Shown here piece after piece: positions 39,926 to 50,345 of a stretch of 64,000 bases of DNA (position 1 is the first letter of the stretch; each line of letters opens with the position of its first letter). The stretch lies in the IMG/VR virus record IMGVR_UViG_3300032242_002123, positions 6,783-70,782 of that record. One strand, 5' to 3'. The stretch comes from a virus. The translations under genes and the position numbers were made by a program. A model generated the notes under the pieces. It saw only the letters and a program-made list of their open reading frames with translations. It had not been told where the DNA came from and made no database searches.

Positions 39926-40237
39926 ATGGACAAGAATAATTTAAGAAATGCTATACAGCAAAATAGAATGAAAGATTTGGCTTCTTCTAATAAACCTAAT
40001 TATCCATCAATACCACAAATGGCTAAAAATTTAGGCAATGATATTATTAAAAATGTTCAAAGTGTTGCAGCTGGAAATCCTTTAAATGCAGATCAAGCAG
40101 AAGGTAATAGAAGAAAATCTATTTGTAGTTCTTGTGAGTTCTTTAATAAAGAACAAGATAGATGTACAAAATGTGGTTGTTATATGGCAGTTAAAGCTTA
40201 TCTTAAAGCTTCAAATTGTCCTATTGGCAAGTGGTAG
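39926..40237 (+). CDS. small Cys-rich protein (DUF6171-like), paralog of 1396..1635
   Basis: RRKSICSSC...RCTKCGC...KAYL..SNCPIGKW. ATG 5 nt after TAAATA. Confidence 0.7.
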   Translation: MDKNNLRNAIQQNRMKDLASSNKPNYPSIPQMAKNLGNDIIKNVQSVAAGNPLNADQAEGNRRKSICSSCEFFNKEQDRCTKCGCYMAVKAYLKASNCPIGKW

Positions 40238-40813
40238 ATAGTATTCATCAATAATCCATTTTGCTTGTTGATTAATAAGTTCTCTATGTTCTGAACTTTG
40301 TTCATCTAAAGAGTCCCAAACTACCTCGAAGTCTGCTATATTTTTAATAATACAATTATTAACCTTTTCAGTTTCATTTGCATCAAAAACTCCTTTCCTT
40401 TCTACAAAAATAAGAAGTCCATTTACTTCATTTTTTAACCAATAAACTTCATCACTTGGATATTGTACATAACGAATATCAGGTAAAATGTTAATGCAAT
40501 TGGGCTTAGGTTCAAAACGATCAATAAAATACCTACCTTGTGTTTTCTTTCTTTGCATCTTGCCATATTCAACAAGTAATGGACGCATGAATTCTTTTTC
40601 ATCTGAATCTTCAGTAAAAGCATCAAGTTCAAAATTATCCATTAAAACGTCAAATAAATCAGCTTTTACCTGATCGCCAGCTATGGATTTGCGAACTGCT
40701 TCCATGTTTATTTTAGCAAATTCTCTAATTAAAGCACGACAAAGAGTATCTTTTCCTGCTCTAGCAGCACCAGCTATACCAATAGGAGGGTATGAAAATT
40801 GATCTTTTAGCAT
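40211..40813 (-). CDS. deoxynucleoside monophosphate kinase (T4 gp1-like)
   Basis: IGIAGAARAGKDT, KE..RPLLVEYG, PDIRY...EV.W. TTGACA promoter upstream. Confidence 0.75.
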   Translation of the reverse strand: MLKDQFSYPPIGIAGAARAGKDTLCRALIREFAKINMEAVRKSIAGDQVKADLFDVLMDNFELDAFTEDSDEKEFMRPLLVEYGKMQRKKTQGRYFIDRFEPKPNCINILPDIRYVQYPSDEVYWLKNEVNGLLIFVERKGVFDANETEKVNNCIIKNIADFEVVWDSLDEQSSEHRELINQQAKWIIDEYYLPLANRTI

Positions 40814-40840
40814 AAATATAGTATATACTAAAACAATACC

Positions 40841-42625
40841 ATGTCAACAATTCAAATTAGTAACATATATAATAGTTTAAATCAAAAAGTAGAAATAAAA
40901 CCACCATCTGGAGATGTAACTGGATTAGGTTTAGGTGTTTCAGTTGGTCAACAAACAGGAAGTGGTATCGAAACACAAGTATCAAATCCAAATGTACCAA
41001 ATCCAAACGCAAATAATGCTACATCTAGTGTGGCTGTTGCAAATCAAGATGCAGAAGCTGTTGATAATTCAAATCCATTTAACCAACCTTTTAATACTGG
41101 TGCTGGTGGAGCAAATCCATTTGATAAATCTCCTGTTTTTATTGCAACTACACATGATCCAGATCCAAATAAACCTGCAAACAATCCAAATGCTAGAAAT
41201 GCAGCAGCAGTAAATGATCCTAAACAAACAGGAAATCCAAAATCTGAAATAAATCAAGGTGGTAGTAAGCCTCATACCATAACAAATATCGAAATAAAAG
41301 AATTAGAAATTCAAACTAATTTAACACTTTATCCTTATTTATTTGGAGGAGAATTAGCAAGAATTAGACATCAATTTTCTGGTTTAAATAGAGCTAAATA
41401 TTATCTTTTATTGAACATGCTTGTTTACGGATTTGATAATAAAATTTTAGAATCAGGTGCATATGGTAGTGAGAAATGTGTAATCGATCAAGCATTTTTA
41501 GATGATTTTTTAAGAATGGCTAAAATTCCACAATTACAAGAAGCGATTAAAAAAACACCAGCTTATGGAAAAGGTTCTTTTGATGAACTTGGTAAACTTG
41601 GAACAACTCAAGCTAATGCTAGTCATTTAGATGAAAGTCCAATTACTGGACCTTCACATGAACATCCTAATTTACTAACTGCTTTAATGGAAAAAATACA
41701 TCCCGGTGCTATTGCTAAATTAGAAGCATATTGCAACAAAGTAAGAACATCTGCTTATATGAGTTTACCAAAAAGAGCTTTTGCATCACTTCAAAAATTA
41801 GTTGCAGGTATTAATAAAGTTATTGCTTCTTTTGCTAAAATTATAAGTGATATTTATAATGGTATAATGTATTATATACAACAATTTTTTGCCTTAATAA
41901 ATGGCATAATTGCAAAAATACAACAATTATTAATGATGGTCATTGAGAGTATAATTCCTATGGATTTAATGTGTTTAATATCGCTTATATTAGGTAAAGC
42001 ATTGAATGATATTCCATTTTTCTCTTCAATAATGAACATGTCAAATATATTGAATCAAGCCACAGGTGGTTTACAGTCATATATAAGTCAAGCTTTAGGA
42101 GGTGCAGGAGGTGGTATTGCTGCTTTTGCTAATAATCCATTTGCTGCTGTTAGTAGATTTTTACCACCACAAGTAAATCAAATTATACAACAAGTTAATT
42201 CATTTGCTTCAAATCCTGATGCGTTTTTATCAACAGCTATAACAAATTACGGTTATGCATTGGCTGCAAAACAATCACAAGGGCAAATTTATAATTTATT
42301 AACACAAAAACTTGGATCAAATTTTGCAGCAATGCATCCAATAGCAAGTTTCTTGGGTGCTAATGGTGCAGGAAATCCACAAACACCATCACAACTTGGT
42401 CCTACTATTACCGATGATGGTAAAAACGTTTATAGTCAACCTGTAAGTTCTGCTGATATTCCTAAAAATACACCCGGTGGTGGAACATCAGAAGCAACTG
42501 CTGCTGGTTTGGCTAATTCTAATTTTGGTGCAATGAGATCAAAAGCCGCTACTGATGCAATTGCAACTAGAACTATTTTTGATTCTGGTCTTAATCCAGC
42601 AGCTAATTATATCGGAACGCAATAA
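40841..42625 (+). CDS. hypothetical virion-associated protein
   Basis: 594 aa, N/P-rich N-terminus and amphipathic helical middle, upstream of the gp5-like genes. Confidence 0.6.
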   Translation: MSTIQISNIYNSLNQKVEIKPPSGDVTGLGLGVSVGQQTGSGIETQVSNPNVPNPNANNATSSVAVANQDAEAVDNSNPFNQPFNTGAGGANPFDKSPVFIATTHDPDPNKPANNPNARNAAAVNDPKQTGNPKSEINQGGSKPHTITNIEIKELEIQTNLTLYPYLFGGELARIRHQFSGLNRAKYYLLLNMLVYGFDNKILESGAYGSEKCVIDQAFLDDFLRMAKIPQLQEAIKKTPAYGKGSFDELGKLGTTQANASHLDESPITGPSHEHPNLLTALMEKIHPGAIAKLEAYCNKVRTSAYMSLPKRAFASLQKLVAGINKVIASFAKIISDIYNGIMYYIQQFFALINGIIAKIQQLLMMVIESIIPMDLMCLISLILGKALNDIPFFSSIMNMSNILNQATGGLQSYISQALGGAGGGIAAFANNPFAAVSRFLPPQVNQIIQQVNSFASNPDAFLSTAITNYGYALAAKQSQGQIYNLLTQKLGSNFAAMHPIASFLGANGAGNPQTPSQLGPTITDDGKNVYSQPVSSADIPKNTPGGGTSEATAAGLANSNFGAMRSKAATDAIATRTIFDSGLNPAANYIGTQ

Positions 42626-42628
42626 ATT

Positions 42629-44395
42629 ATGGCTCAACAAGATCAATTACTTTTTGGAGTATATGTTGGTTTAGTTCTTGACACACAAGATCCTGATAAT
42701 TTGGGTAGAGTTAAACTTATAGTTCCCGGTAAAACTGGACCATTATTTGAGGGATGGAATAATCAAGTTGATGATATTTCATTTACTTCTGTAGAAAGTA
42801 AAATCTTTCCAACAGATGTATTAGAAAGATTATTAGGCGTTTTACCTTGGGCTAGACCATCAATGCCTTTATGGGGAGGAGGTACAGGATCTCCTGTTAA
42901 TACAAGTAGTTATAACCCAATACCTATACCTACAGATTCTAGTCTTACTGGTAATAGCGGTAAGTTAGGTAGTAATGGAAATTTAGATAAAGGAAATAAA
43001 AATCAACTTGTTCCAGTAAGAGGTGAATCTAATGCTTATTTAAATCCAACTGTAGAAAATAAATATCAAGAATTAGTAGCAGCTGCAAAAAAAGATGGTG
43101 TTAATTTAGGAATAACTGATTCATATCGATCATATTCAGAACAAGTACAAACAAAAATAAATAAAGGTAGTTTAGCTGCAACACCCGGAACTAGTAAACA
43201 TGGATATGGTTTGGCTATTGATTTTAAAGGAGGTGGTGGAACTTCTCAAGAACAAGCATATGATTGGTTAAAAAATAATGCTTCAAATTATGGATGGTCT
43301 AATTTTGTAGGCATGAAAGGACCAGATACTAGAGGAGAGGGTGGGTCGCAAAAAGAACCTTGGCATTGGCAAATAAATGAATCGGATTTACCAAAATATG
43401 AAAATCAAGCAGATGCACTTGCTAATGCTAATGCTACTCCCGGTGCTTCAACTGAAAATCCTAATGGTAAAACTGATACTAGATCAGTTCCTGCATATGA
43501 TGGTCTTAATAATAAAGAAGGTAAATTTGGTGGTGGTGTAAAAGATGTAGGAGGTAATGGTTGTTCTGGATCTAGTGGTAATCCTTTATCAAAAGATGAA
43601 GCATTGAATATTTCATCTAATTTAAATAAACAAATGGATGCTAATAATCAAAAAATTCTTGTTAAGGATGGTGTTATGGATGAAGCATCATTTAAAGCTT
43701 ATGCTGTTGCTCGTTTAAAAAATTCACCATTATTATGTGCTGCTATTGATCCAGCCGAAGCAAAAAAATATCAAATGGGTACTACTAAAACACCTGAAGC
43801 TTGGGCTGAATTTGCATGGCAAACTGCACTTGCTGAAAATGGAGGTAAAGTAGTAAAAACGGATAAAGATATGTACACAGATCCCGGTGGTTCGTTTGGT
43901 GCATTTTCAAGTAGTCCATCAAAAGCTTTTGATAAATCAATAGGCAAATTTGTTGATGGTGATGCTAAAAAATATGCTGGATATAATGATGTAACAGATC
44001 AAAAATTGCAATCTTCGCCTGAAATAGCAACTAATGTAATTTTATCAACAATTGAAAGTCAAGTTACTAGAAAGAATAGTATTGATACTTTAGATAATAG
44101 CGTTGATAAACTAAACGGCTCATTTGCATCAACAACTATGGCTGCATTACGAGGAGAAAAGGGAACTTTGACTGCTTCCAAAGGTGGTTCTTTAATACAA
44201 AGAATTACAAATATGGGACAAAATTTAATGGGTAGTTTAAATATAGGAAGACCCGGTGGTCCAATTGGTACATTTTCAATACCAGCTGCTGGTTCCAAGG
44301 TTTGGGTAGCATTTGAAGCAGGAAGCCCTCAAAGACCAGTTTATCTTGGACAAGTATATGAACCTTCCAATATACAATCATTAACAGGAGGGTAA
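42629..44395 (+). CDS. gp5-like baseplate puncturing protein: split OB-fold with inserted M15 peptidase and a possible lysozyme-like domain
   Basis: N-terminal GVYVGLVLDTQDPDNLGRVK...LPWARP and C-terminal FSIPAAGSKVWVAFEAGSPQRPVYLG. M15 motifs SYRS..EQ, PGTSKHGYGLAID, EPWHWQ. Confidence 0.82.
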   Translation: MAQQDQLLFGVYVGLVLDTQDPDNLGRVKLIVPGKTGPLFEGWNNQVDDISFTSVESKIFPTDVLERLLGVLPWARPSMPLWGGGTGSPVNTSSYNPIPIPTDSSLTGNSGKLGSNGNLDKGNKNQLVPVRGESNAYLNPTVENKYQELVAAAKKDGVNLGITDSYRSYSEQVQTKINKGSLAATPGTSKHGYGLAIDFKGGGGTSQEQAYDWLKNNASNYGWSNFVGMKGPDTRGEGGSQKEPWHWQINESDLPKYENQADALANANATPGASTENPNGKTDTRSVPAYDGLNNKEGKFGGGVKDVGGNGCSGSSGNPLSKDEALNISSNLNKQMDANNQKILVKDGVMDEASFKAYAVARLKNSPLLCAAIDPAEAKKYQMGTTKTPEAWAEFAWQTALAENGGKVVKTDKDMYTDPGGSFGAFSSSPSKAFDKSIGKFVDGDAKKYAGYNDVTDQKLQSSPEIATNVILSTIESQVTRKNSIDTLDNSVDKLNGSFASTTMAALRGEKGTLTASKGGSLIQRITNMGQNLMGSLNIGRPGGPIGTFSIPAAGSKVWVAFEAGSPQRPVYLGQVYEPSNIQSLTGG

Positions 44396-44403
44396 TTAAT
44401 AAT

Positions 44404-46479
44404 ATGGCAACACCTCCTACATTAAATCAAACAGATGGTTCCATTCAAATCAATTCTCAAATTGATGAAATGCATGGAACTGAATCTGTTACTAGTATGA
44501 GAATAGATCCAAATGGATCTACTGTAATAGAAGATTTATCACATTATACAAGTCAAGATAAATTTGGAAATATATATTTTACAAATTCAGATGGTATTAC
44601 ACACAAAACACCAAATAATTATGCAACTTTTGTTGAGGGTAATGCTTTTCATTCGGTTTTTGGTGATTACCAAAAAGCTCTTCATGGTAGTGATTATGAA
44701 AAAATTGACGGTGATAAACAATCAACTTCAGGAGAACAAGGACCAACACAAGTTGAAGCTGCAAAAAAATTACAAGAAGCTACTCGTAAAATAGATGATA
44801 AAAAAATAGATACTATAAAGAAAACAGCTGGTACAAAAGTGGAATGTCCAAATTGTGCAAATGAAATTGCATCTGATCAGGGGATGTGTTTAATTGAATT
44901 GGCTTGTAAAATAATAAGAATAGGTATCCCAAATTTTCCATATCCTCTTGATATTATTGAAAAATTTTTAAACTTTTTAGGTATACCACTTTTAACACCT
45001 GAACCTATTAAAAAATTAAATGGTGGTAAAGGTTGTGGTAGTCCGGGTTGTAAATCTGGTATGGTAGAAACCATGCAAAAACCTATTCAGACTGCAAATG
45101 AACAAGCTGCAAGTGATTTAAAAAGTCAACAAAAAGAATTAGAAGGATATCAAAAAGATATGGGTAAGGGTGGTATACAAATGATAGGTCCAACTATGGC
45201 AGATTTGGGCATATATGCTGGTCACACTGAAACCATGAATGTAGCAAAAACAGTTGCTACTAATGATAATATCTATCATACAAATGTATTTAAATTAGGA
45301 ATGGCAGAAGATAAAAAATATGGTCTTATTCCTAAAACTCAAGGTAATTGTAAAGTAGCTGTTTATTCTAGTCCAATTCCAAATCCCGGTAGCTTGTTTA
45401 TACAAGCAACTGAAAAACTTAAAGTTGTTGTAGGATCTCCCGGTATTGATGTTAACACTACTGGTAAAATTACAGTAAATGGTTCTTGGGTAGATGTGAG
45501 TTCTGCTGAAGGTGAATTAAATTTATATTCAAATAATTTAACAACTTTAAAAGGTAAAAATATTATACTTGATGCTAAAGATAGATCTGGTGATAGTGGT
45601 ATAAGATTAGAAGCAGATAATACTATGGTTGCTGGTGCATTAAGTGTATCTGGTGATTTAGCAGTTAAAGGATCATTTGTATTAGATGGTGGTATACATT
45701 GTACACATATTACAGCACCCGGTGAGCGTATAAACAGTGAACCAACAGGTGATGCGCATCAAGTACATTCAGGGGCAACATGGAATAATCCAGTAAACGG
45801 GATGCAAGCAACTATATATGACCGTTATGATAAGTCTTTAAAAGTAATTGGTAGAGATATATACAATACATTGTCTTTAGGTATTTTAAGACCAGCTGAA
45901 ATTAAAACATTAATAGAAGAAACATATCATAGTATTTTACTTGCTATTCCTGTTGATAATACAGGTTTACCAACAGGATTTTCAATACCTACAAATGCAC
46001 CAGCGGGTTCACCAGCAGGTGGACCTTTAATGGTAGTTGGTACTGGTATTACTTCAAAGGGGGATGCTGTTGTGTTAACATATGCCTATGTTTTTCCAAC
46101 ACAAATTATACCAGTATTCAATTTCCCTCATAATCATAATTCTCCCGGTAATGATCACTCGCATGGTTATACAGGTATACAAGCTAGTGTTACTGGTAAT
46201 ACAAAAAACGCAAGAGAAGCAAGTCCTGAACCAAGTCATGTTCCAACACCAGCTAAAACATCAGGAATAGGTACAAAACCCGGTCATAAAAGTATGGGAG
46301 ACTTATGTATTCCTTGTATAAATTTAGGTGGTGGTAAACATGGTTCTAGTCCCGCAAGTAAATATGGATTGGGTAATGACCCATATGGTGGTACAAATTA
46401 TGTACAAACTGATGGTACTTTTACACCAGATGGGAATTTAGTTCCACCCCCAAGTATAGATATTGGATGTGTGGGTTAA
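44404..46479 (+). CDS. gp5 C-terminal-like spike protein
   Basis: Beta-helix-like repeats (VEGN..H.VFGDY...HGS...IDGD; VAGALSVSGDLAVKG), Cys cluster, HNH...HSH near the C-terminus. Confidence 0.6.
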   Translation: MATPPTLNQTDGSIQINSQIDEMHGTESVTSMRIDPNGSTVIEDLSHYTSQDKFGNIYFTNSDGITHKTPNNYATFVEGNAFHSVFGDYQKALHGSDYEKIDGDKQSTSGEQGPTQVEAAKKLQEATRKIDDKKIDTIKKTAGTKVECPNCANEIASDQGMCLIELACKIIRIGIPNFPYPLDIIEKFLNFLGIPLLTPEPIKKLNGGKGCGSPGCKSGMVETMQKPIQTANEQAASDLKSQQKELEGYQKDMGKGGIQMIGPTMADLGIYAGHTETMNVAKTVATNDNIYHTNVFKLGMAEDKKYGLIPKTQGNCKVAVYSSPIPNPGSLFIQATEKLKVVVGSPGIDVNTTGKITVNGSWVDVSSAEGELNLYSNNLTTLKGKNIILDAKDRSGDSGIRLEADNTMVAGALSVSGDLAVKGSFVLDGGIHCTHITAPGERINSEPTGDAHQVHSGATWNNPVNGMQATIYDRYDKSLKVIGRDIYNTLSLGILRPAEIKTLIEETYHSILLAIPVDNTGLPTGFSIPTNAPAGSPAGGPLMVVGTGITSKGDAVVLTYAYVFPTQIIPVFNFPHNHNSPGNDHSHGYTGIQASVTGNTKNAREASPEPSHVPTPAKTSGIGTKPGHKSMGDLCIPCINLGGGKHGSSPASKYGLGNDPYGGTNYVQTDGTFTPDGNLVPPPSIDIGCVG

Positions 46480-47498
46480 ACCGAAGCACACGAAACAGTA
46501 ACTGGAGTACTAGTATGTGCAATCTGTTTAGATGTAACAGAATTAACAAAAGTATTGATTTGATTTAATCTTTCTTCAAATGTTCCAGTACTGTTATAAG
46601 TAGTCGAACCATCATCAAAGAAATTTGTCATTAAATATGAATAGTAATCATCTGCTGCTTTAGTATCAGTTAAAAATGATTTATAATTTGGTATATTAGA
46701 TGATGCTGCAAATGCTAATTTGACATTAAACATATCAGTTAAAGTACTATGTTGAGTTATTGTACCAAGTCCCAATAAACAACCAACTTTTATACCAACA
46801 TCGACATAATATTTCACATATAATTTTCCACTATTATTACTCAATGTTACAATTAATGCTGATGGCGATTGATATACATCAACTTGTTTATTATAATTTA
46901 AAAAATATTTATTAATAAATGCTACAAAATCACTTGCACAAGCATCTTTTGCATTTGACACATAAGTTTTAACAAAGTTAATAACTTCAGATGCATCAAA
47001 TGGTTTCATTAACTCTTCCATTGTTTGAGTTACAGGAGGAACTGTTATAGCACCATACTGATATGGTTTTTGACCTGTTAAATCTAAAGATAATAATGCA
47101 TTTATGGATTCTGAAATTTTAATAGGAGTACCATCAGCTGTACAAATATAATTATCTATAACTTGAGAACCTCCATTTTGTCTTACTTCTGTTTGAGTTA
47201 TCATTCTTGGTAAGAAATGTACAAAAGTTTGTGTCATTGTCTCTCCCAATGAAACTCTAGGATCACCAACTGCTGTTAATGGACTAAAATCGGTAAAGGG
47301 TGTTATATCAAAAGGCGTAACAGGGTCTGTTAAAAGCCCTGTAGCATTAGGATCTGTTGCCATTGTTAACAAATCACATAAAAAAGGAAGAATGTTGTAA
47401 TTTGGGTCTAAATGCTGTGCACTACCAATAGGATAAGAAGACCTATTTGGGTATTTTGTTGTATCAATACATGTTGGATCTATTAAATTTTCGTTCAT
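46476..47498 (-). CDS. hypothetical protein
   Basis: 340 aa ORF. Confidence 0.6.
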   Translation of the reverse strand: MNENLIDPTCIDTTKYPNRSSYPIGSAQHLDPNYNILPFLCDLLTMATDPNATGLLTDPVTPFDITPFTDFSPLTAVGDPRVSLGETMTQTFVHFLPRMITQTEVRQNGGSQVIDNYICTADGTPIKISESINALLSLDLTGQKPYQYGAITVPPVTQTMEELMKPFDASEVINFVKTYVSNAKDACASDFVAFINKYFLNYNKQVDVYQSPSALIVTLSNNSGKLYVKYYVDVGIKVGCLLGLGTITQHSTLTDMFNVKLAFAASSNIPNYKSFLTDTKAADDYYSYLMTNFFDDGSTTYNSTGTFEERLNQINTFVNSVTSKQIAHTSTPVTVSCASV

Positions 47499-47499
47499 A

Positions 47500-47886
47500 T
47501 TAATCGTCTAAAAAATTCTCGTGTTGTTGTTTTAAAAATATGGTTTTAAGAAATTCCATTACAGCATCTCTATCTTTTGCAGTTTTAAAATTTTGAACTA
47601 TAACTCTATCTCCTTCTGTATTATATCCAAATACTAGAAATGAATCTAAATATTCACCAACTATACTTTTCAAAAGAGTTAAATCTCTTTTAGTAATCAT
47701 GTTATTTTGAGTATTATCTTTTAACCATTTATCTAAACTTTTTTGAAGTTCTAAATTATTGACAGCAGAAAAAACTTTATCATTTAAGATTTTAATCTCT
47801 TCTTTAGTCATACCTTGACTTTTAACAGAAGTGTTTTCTGATGAAAGAGAAGGTATTTTAGTACTCTTTTTTCTTTTATTTGTCAT
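47500..47886 (-). CDS. hypothetical protein
   Basis: 128 aa ORF in the operon. Confidence 0.6.
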   Translation of the reverse strand: MTNKRKKSTKIPSLSSENTSVKSQGMTKEEIKILNDKVFSAVNNLELQKSLDKWLKDNTQNNMITKRDLTLLKSIVGEYLDSFLVFGYNTEGDRVIVQNFKTAKDRDAVMEFLKTIFLKQQHENFLDD

Positions 47887-48199
47887 TATACTGAGTCGCC
47901 TTATTATTTATATTAAATTTAACAAGATACTCTATAACTGTTTCAATCGAACTGGTTTTTAATTTAAATCTATCAGGTATAAATTGACCACCATCATGCA
48001 TTTCAAAAAATTCTTCTCCAAAAGAATTATGATTATTAAAACATGTTATAAATACAGATGAAAATCTAGGATCTACAACAACTGTCCATGATCTAGAATC
48101 ATGTTCAGCATAATCAGTAAAAACCTTATCAGTTACATACCCACTATCACGCAAACGCTTAATGAAGTATCCTACAGTTGTTAACTTGTTTTTTGACAT
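47876..48199 (-). CDS. hypothetical protein
   Basis: 107 aa ORF in the operon. Confidence 0.6.
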   Translation of the reverse strand: MSKNKLTTVGYFIKRLRDSGYVTDKVFTDYAEHDSRSWTVVVDPRFSSVFITCFNNHNSFGEEFFEMHDGGQFIPDRFKLKTSSIETVIEYLVKFNINNKATQYNDK

Positions 48200-48222
48200 A
48201 TAAATAATTTATCACAAATAAA

Positions 48223-48978
48223 CTATTTAACAAGTGCTGATATGATATATTTTAATTGAGTATTATCATCCTCTTGGGTTTCAAATAAGAAAACTTTAAA
48301 TTCGTTATTGATTTTAACTTTAATAGAAGTCTTGCTACTAGCTAGAAGCTTAAAGACCTCTATTTTAACTGACATTGGCGATAGTAAAGCTTGTCCGGTG
48401 TACTCGTTAGAAACTAGCAAAGAAACATTATCGACATTTTGAAGGGTTTTATCGTCAATTTCAGCAAATACCTTATCATCTTTAGTATAAAAATATATTT
48501 TATTCACATCGTTAACAAATGAATAAGCAGACATGATCTGTTTAATCTTTGTTAAAGAAATATCAAAGATAGTGTCATATGACAAAGAAGCAATCTTTTC
48601 AATGTTAACGGTTGATTCTTTAATAATATTATCATCCACAAGATGATATTTAAAATGATTGTTTTCACCAGTTGAACCATTTGAAGATTTACAAACAATA
48701 TTATTGTCATTAAGAATGATTTTAAATTCACCATCATCACCCAAACAATCTAATCCAGTTAGAAGTTTTTTAATATTAATAATATTAAGTTTTACTGGTG
48801 AAATACTCAAAGGCAAAGATGTCTTTGCATAAAGAATAACACTATTATCACCAGACGAACAAAGTGTATATATTGAATCATTATTGTTCCTAAGAACACA
48901 AGATTCAGTAAGCCTGTTTACAGGCTTTAAAAGTTTTTCCAAAGATGTTTTTGGAATTGGTATTAGTGTTTCACTCAT
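48223..48978 (-). CDS. sliding clamp (gp45/PCNA-like)
   Basis: About 250 aa, LNIINIKKLL, FKYHLVD, C-terminal LKYIISAL, replication context. Confidence 0.65.
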   Translation of the reverse strand: MSETLIPIPKTSLEKLLKPVNRLTESCVLRNNNDSIYTLCSSGDNSVILYAKTSLPLSISPVKLNIINIKKLLTGLDCLGDDGEFKIILNDNNIVCKSSNGSTGENNHFKYHLVDDNIIKESTVNIEKIASLSYDTIFDISLTKIKQIMSAYSFVNDVNKIYFYTKDDKVFAEIDDKTLQNVDNVSLLVSNEYTGQALLSPMSVKIEVFKLLASSKTSIKVKINNEFKVFLFETQEDDNTQLKYIISALVK

Positions 48979-49465
48979 TTGATTTGCTATTCTTAAAGTA
49001 GTTTAGCAGACCAGATAAGGATTTGTCAATATTTTTTAATGAATTTCTAATGCTATCAACATCACTACGAGATAATACTGTTATTTCATTTTTAGAAATA
49101 ACATCTTTTATTTGTGGTACTGATGGCATTGGATGCAATTTTAAATTGACAGGAACGTCATTAATCATTGCAGCTGGAATAGTTTGCGATTCTTGCGGTA
49201 TAAACTGAGGGATTACATCAGGAATTTGATTCTGAACATAATCTTCCGGTAAAGGTTCAGCAAAACCAGCTGGTACTTCTGTTAAGTACCTAGCTGGTGG
49301 TGCCTTACGTCTTGGATCTTTTACTTGCGCAACAAAACTGTTTATATCAATTTTGTTGGCAAGTGGACTGCTACCCCTTTGAGTCGCATACTGGTCAATC
49401 TTCTTGAGTTGTCCACCAACCATAGCGGCAAGTTTTGCTGCTTCTAATGCGTCATCAGGGGTCAT
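48971..49465 (-). CDS. hypothetical protein
   Basis: 164 aa between the clamp and SSB genes. Confidence 0.6.
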   Translation of the reverse strand: MTPDDALEAAKLAAMVGGQLKKIDQYATQRGSSPLANKIDINSFVAQVKDPRRKAPPARYLTEVPAGFAEPLPEDYVQNQIPDVIPQFIPQESQTIPAAMINDVPVNLKLHPMPSVPQIKDVISKNEITVLSRSDVDSIRNSLKNIDKSLSGLLNYFKNSKSNE

Positions 49466-49468
49466 ATA

Positions 49469-50338
49469 TTAAAGATCGTTAAGAATATCCTGCATTCTCT
49501 TCTCCTGCTCCGTAAGAGTAGAAGATGTGGTTGTAGTTTCAACCTCTTCAGTGGAAACCGTTTCAACATTAAAATCATCTCCATCATCATTAACAACTGG
49601 GGCTGCCTCAGAAGATGTTGAATCTTTGCCTAAGAAGTGAACATCAAGAAGTTCCTTAACCTCATTATAAGTCTTGGACTTAAATATGGTGTCATATGGT
49701 CTGAATGCAGAGTAAGCTGCATCAATTGATGAATCCGAATCAAGAGTATCAATCTTGGAAGATGATACAAACTTTGATGTTACATAAGATGGGTAACCAC
49801 CTTCGTTCTTCTCAACCTTAATCTTGAGATTGCAACCATTGGAAGAAAGATCAAAGATCTTTGAACCAAACTCATCCTTATCATCACCAAAACGAGCAGC
49901 CTCAATGATCTTCTCAAGCTGTGCGCCAGCATTGAGATACTTGACCTGTCCTTGGTTAGAAGGATTTGATGGATCGGAGATGACGTATGCATTATAAAGC
50001 CACTTCTCTGACTTCTTGAGGGGCTTGATCTGGTCAATCAAAGTCTGATTCTTGGTTGCCCAAATCTTGGAACGATACTCACAGATAGGACACTTCTCCT
50101 TATAAGTGTTAGGACAAAGAACTGAAATCTTCTTGCCATGAACACAGCTATCAAAAATATGCTGTGCGTATTGATACCAGCTATTAGCGATATTCTCAAC
50201 GTTCGGAACAAGACGAACTATGTATGTCTTGTCTGACTCGAACTTCAAGAAATCCTTGAAAGCGGACTCTACGTTGTTTTTATTACTGAATGAATCCTTT
50301 AAGGAATCAAACAGGCTTGCGTTGTATTTGGTACTCAT
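49469..50338 (-). CDS. single-stranded DNA-binding protein (gp32-like)
   Basis: IVRLVP, H...CPNTY.EKCPIC, YVISDPSNPSNQGQVK, FDL..GCN.KIK, Y..SKF, acidic tail. Confidence 0.88.
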   Translation of the reverse strand: MSTKYNASLFDSLKDSFSNKNNVESAFKDFLKFESDKTYIVRLVPNVENIANSWYQYAQHIFDSCVHGKKISVLCPNTYKEKCPICEYRSKIWATKNQTLIDQIKPLKKSEKWLYNAYVISDPSNPSNQGQVKYLNAGAQLEKIIEAARFGDDKDEFGSKIFDLSSNGCNLKIKVEKNEGGYPSYVTSKFVSSSKIDTLDSDSSIDAAYSAFRPYDTIFKSKTYNEVKELLDVHFLGKDSTSSEAAPVVNDDGDDFNVETVSTEEVETTTTSSTLTEQEKRMQDILNDL

Positions 50339-50345
50339 AATCTAT

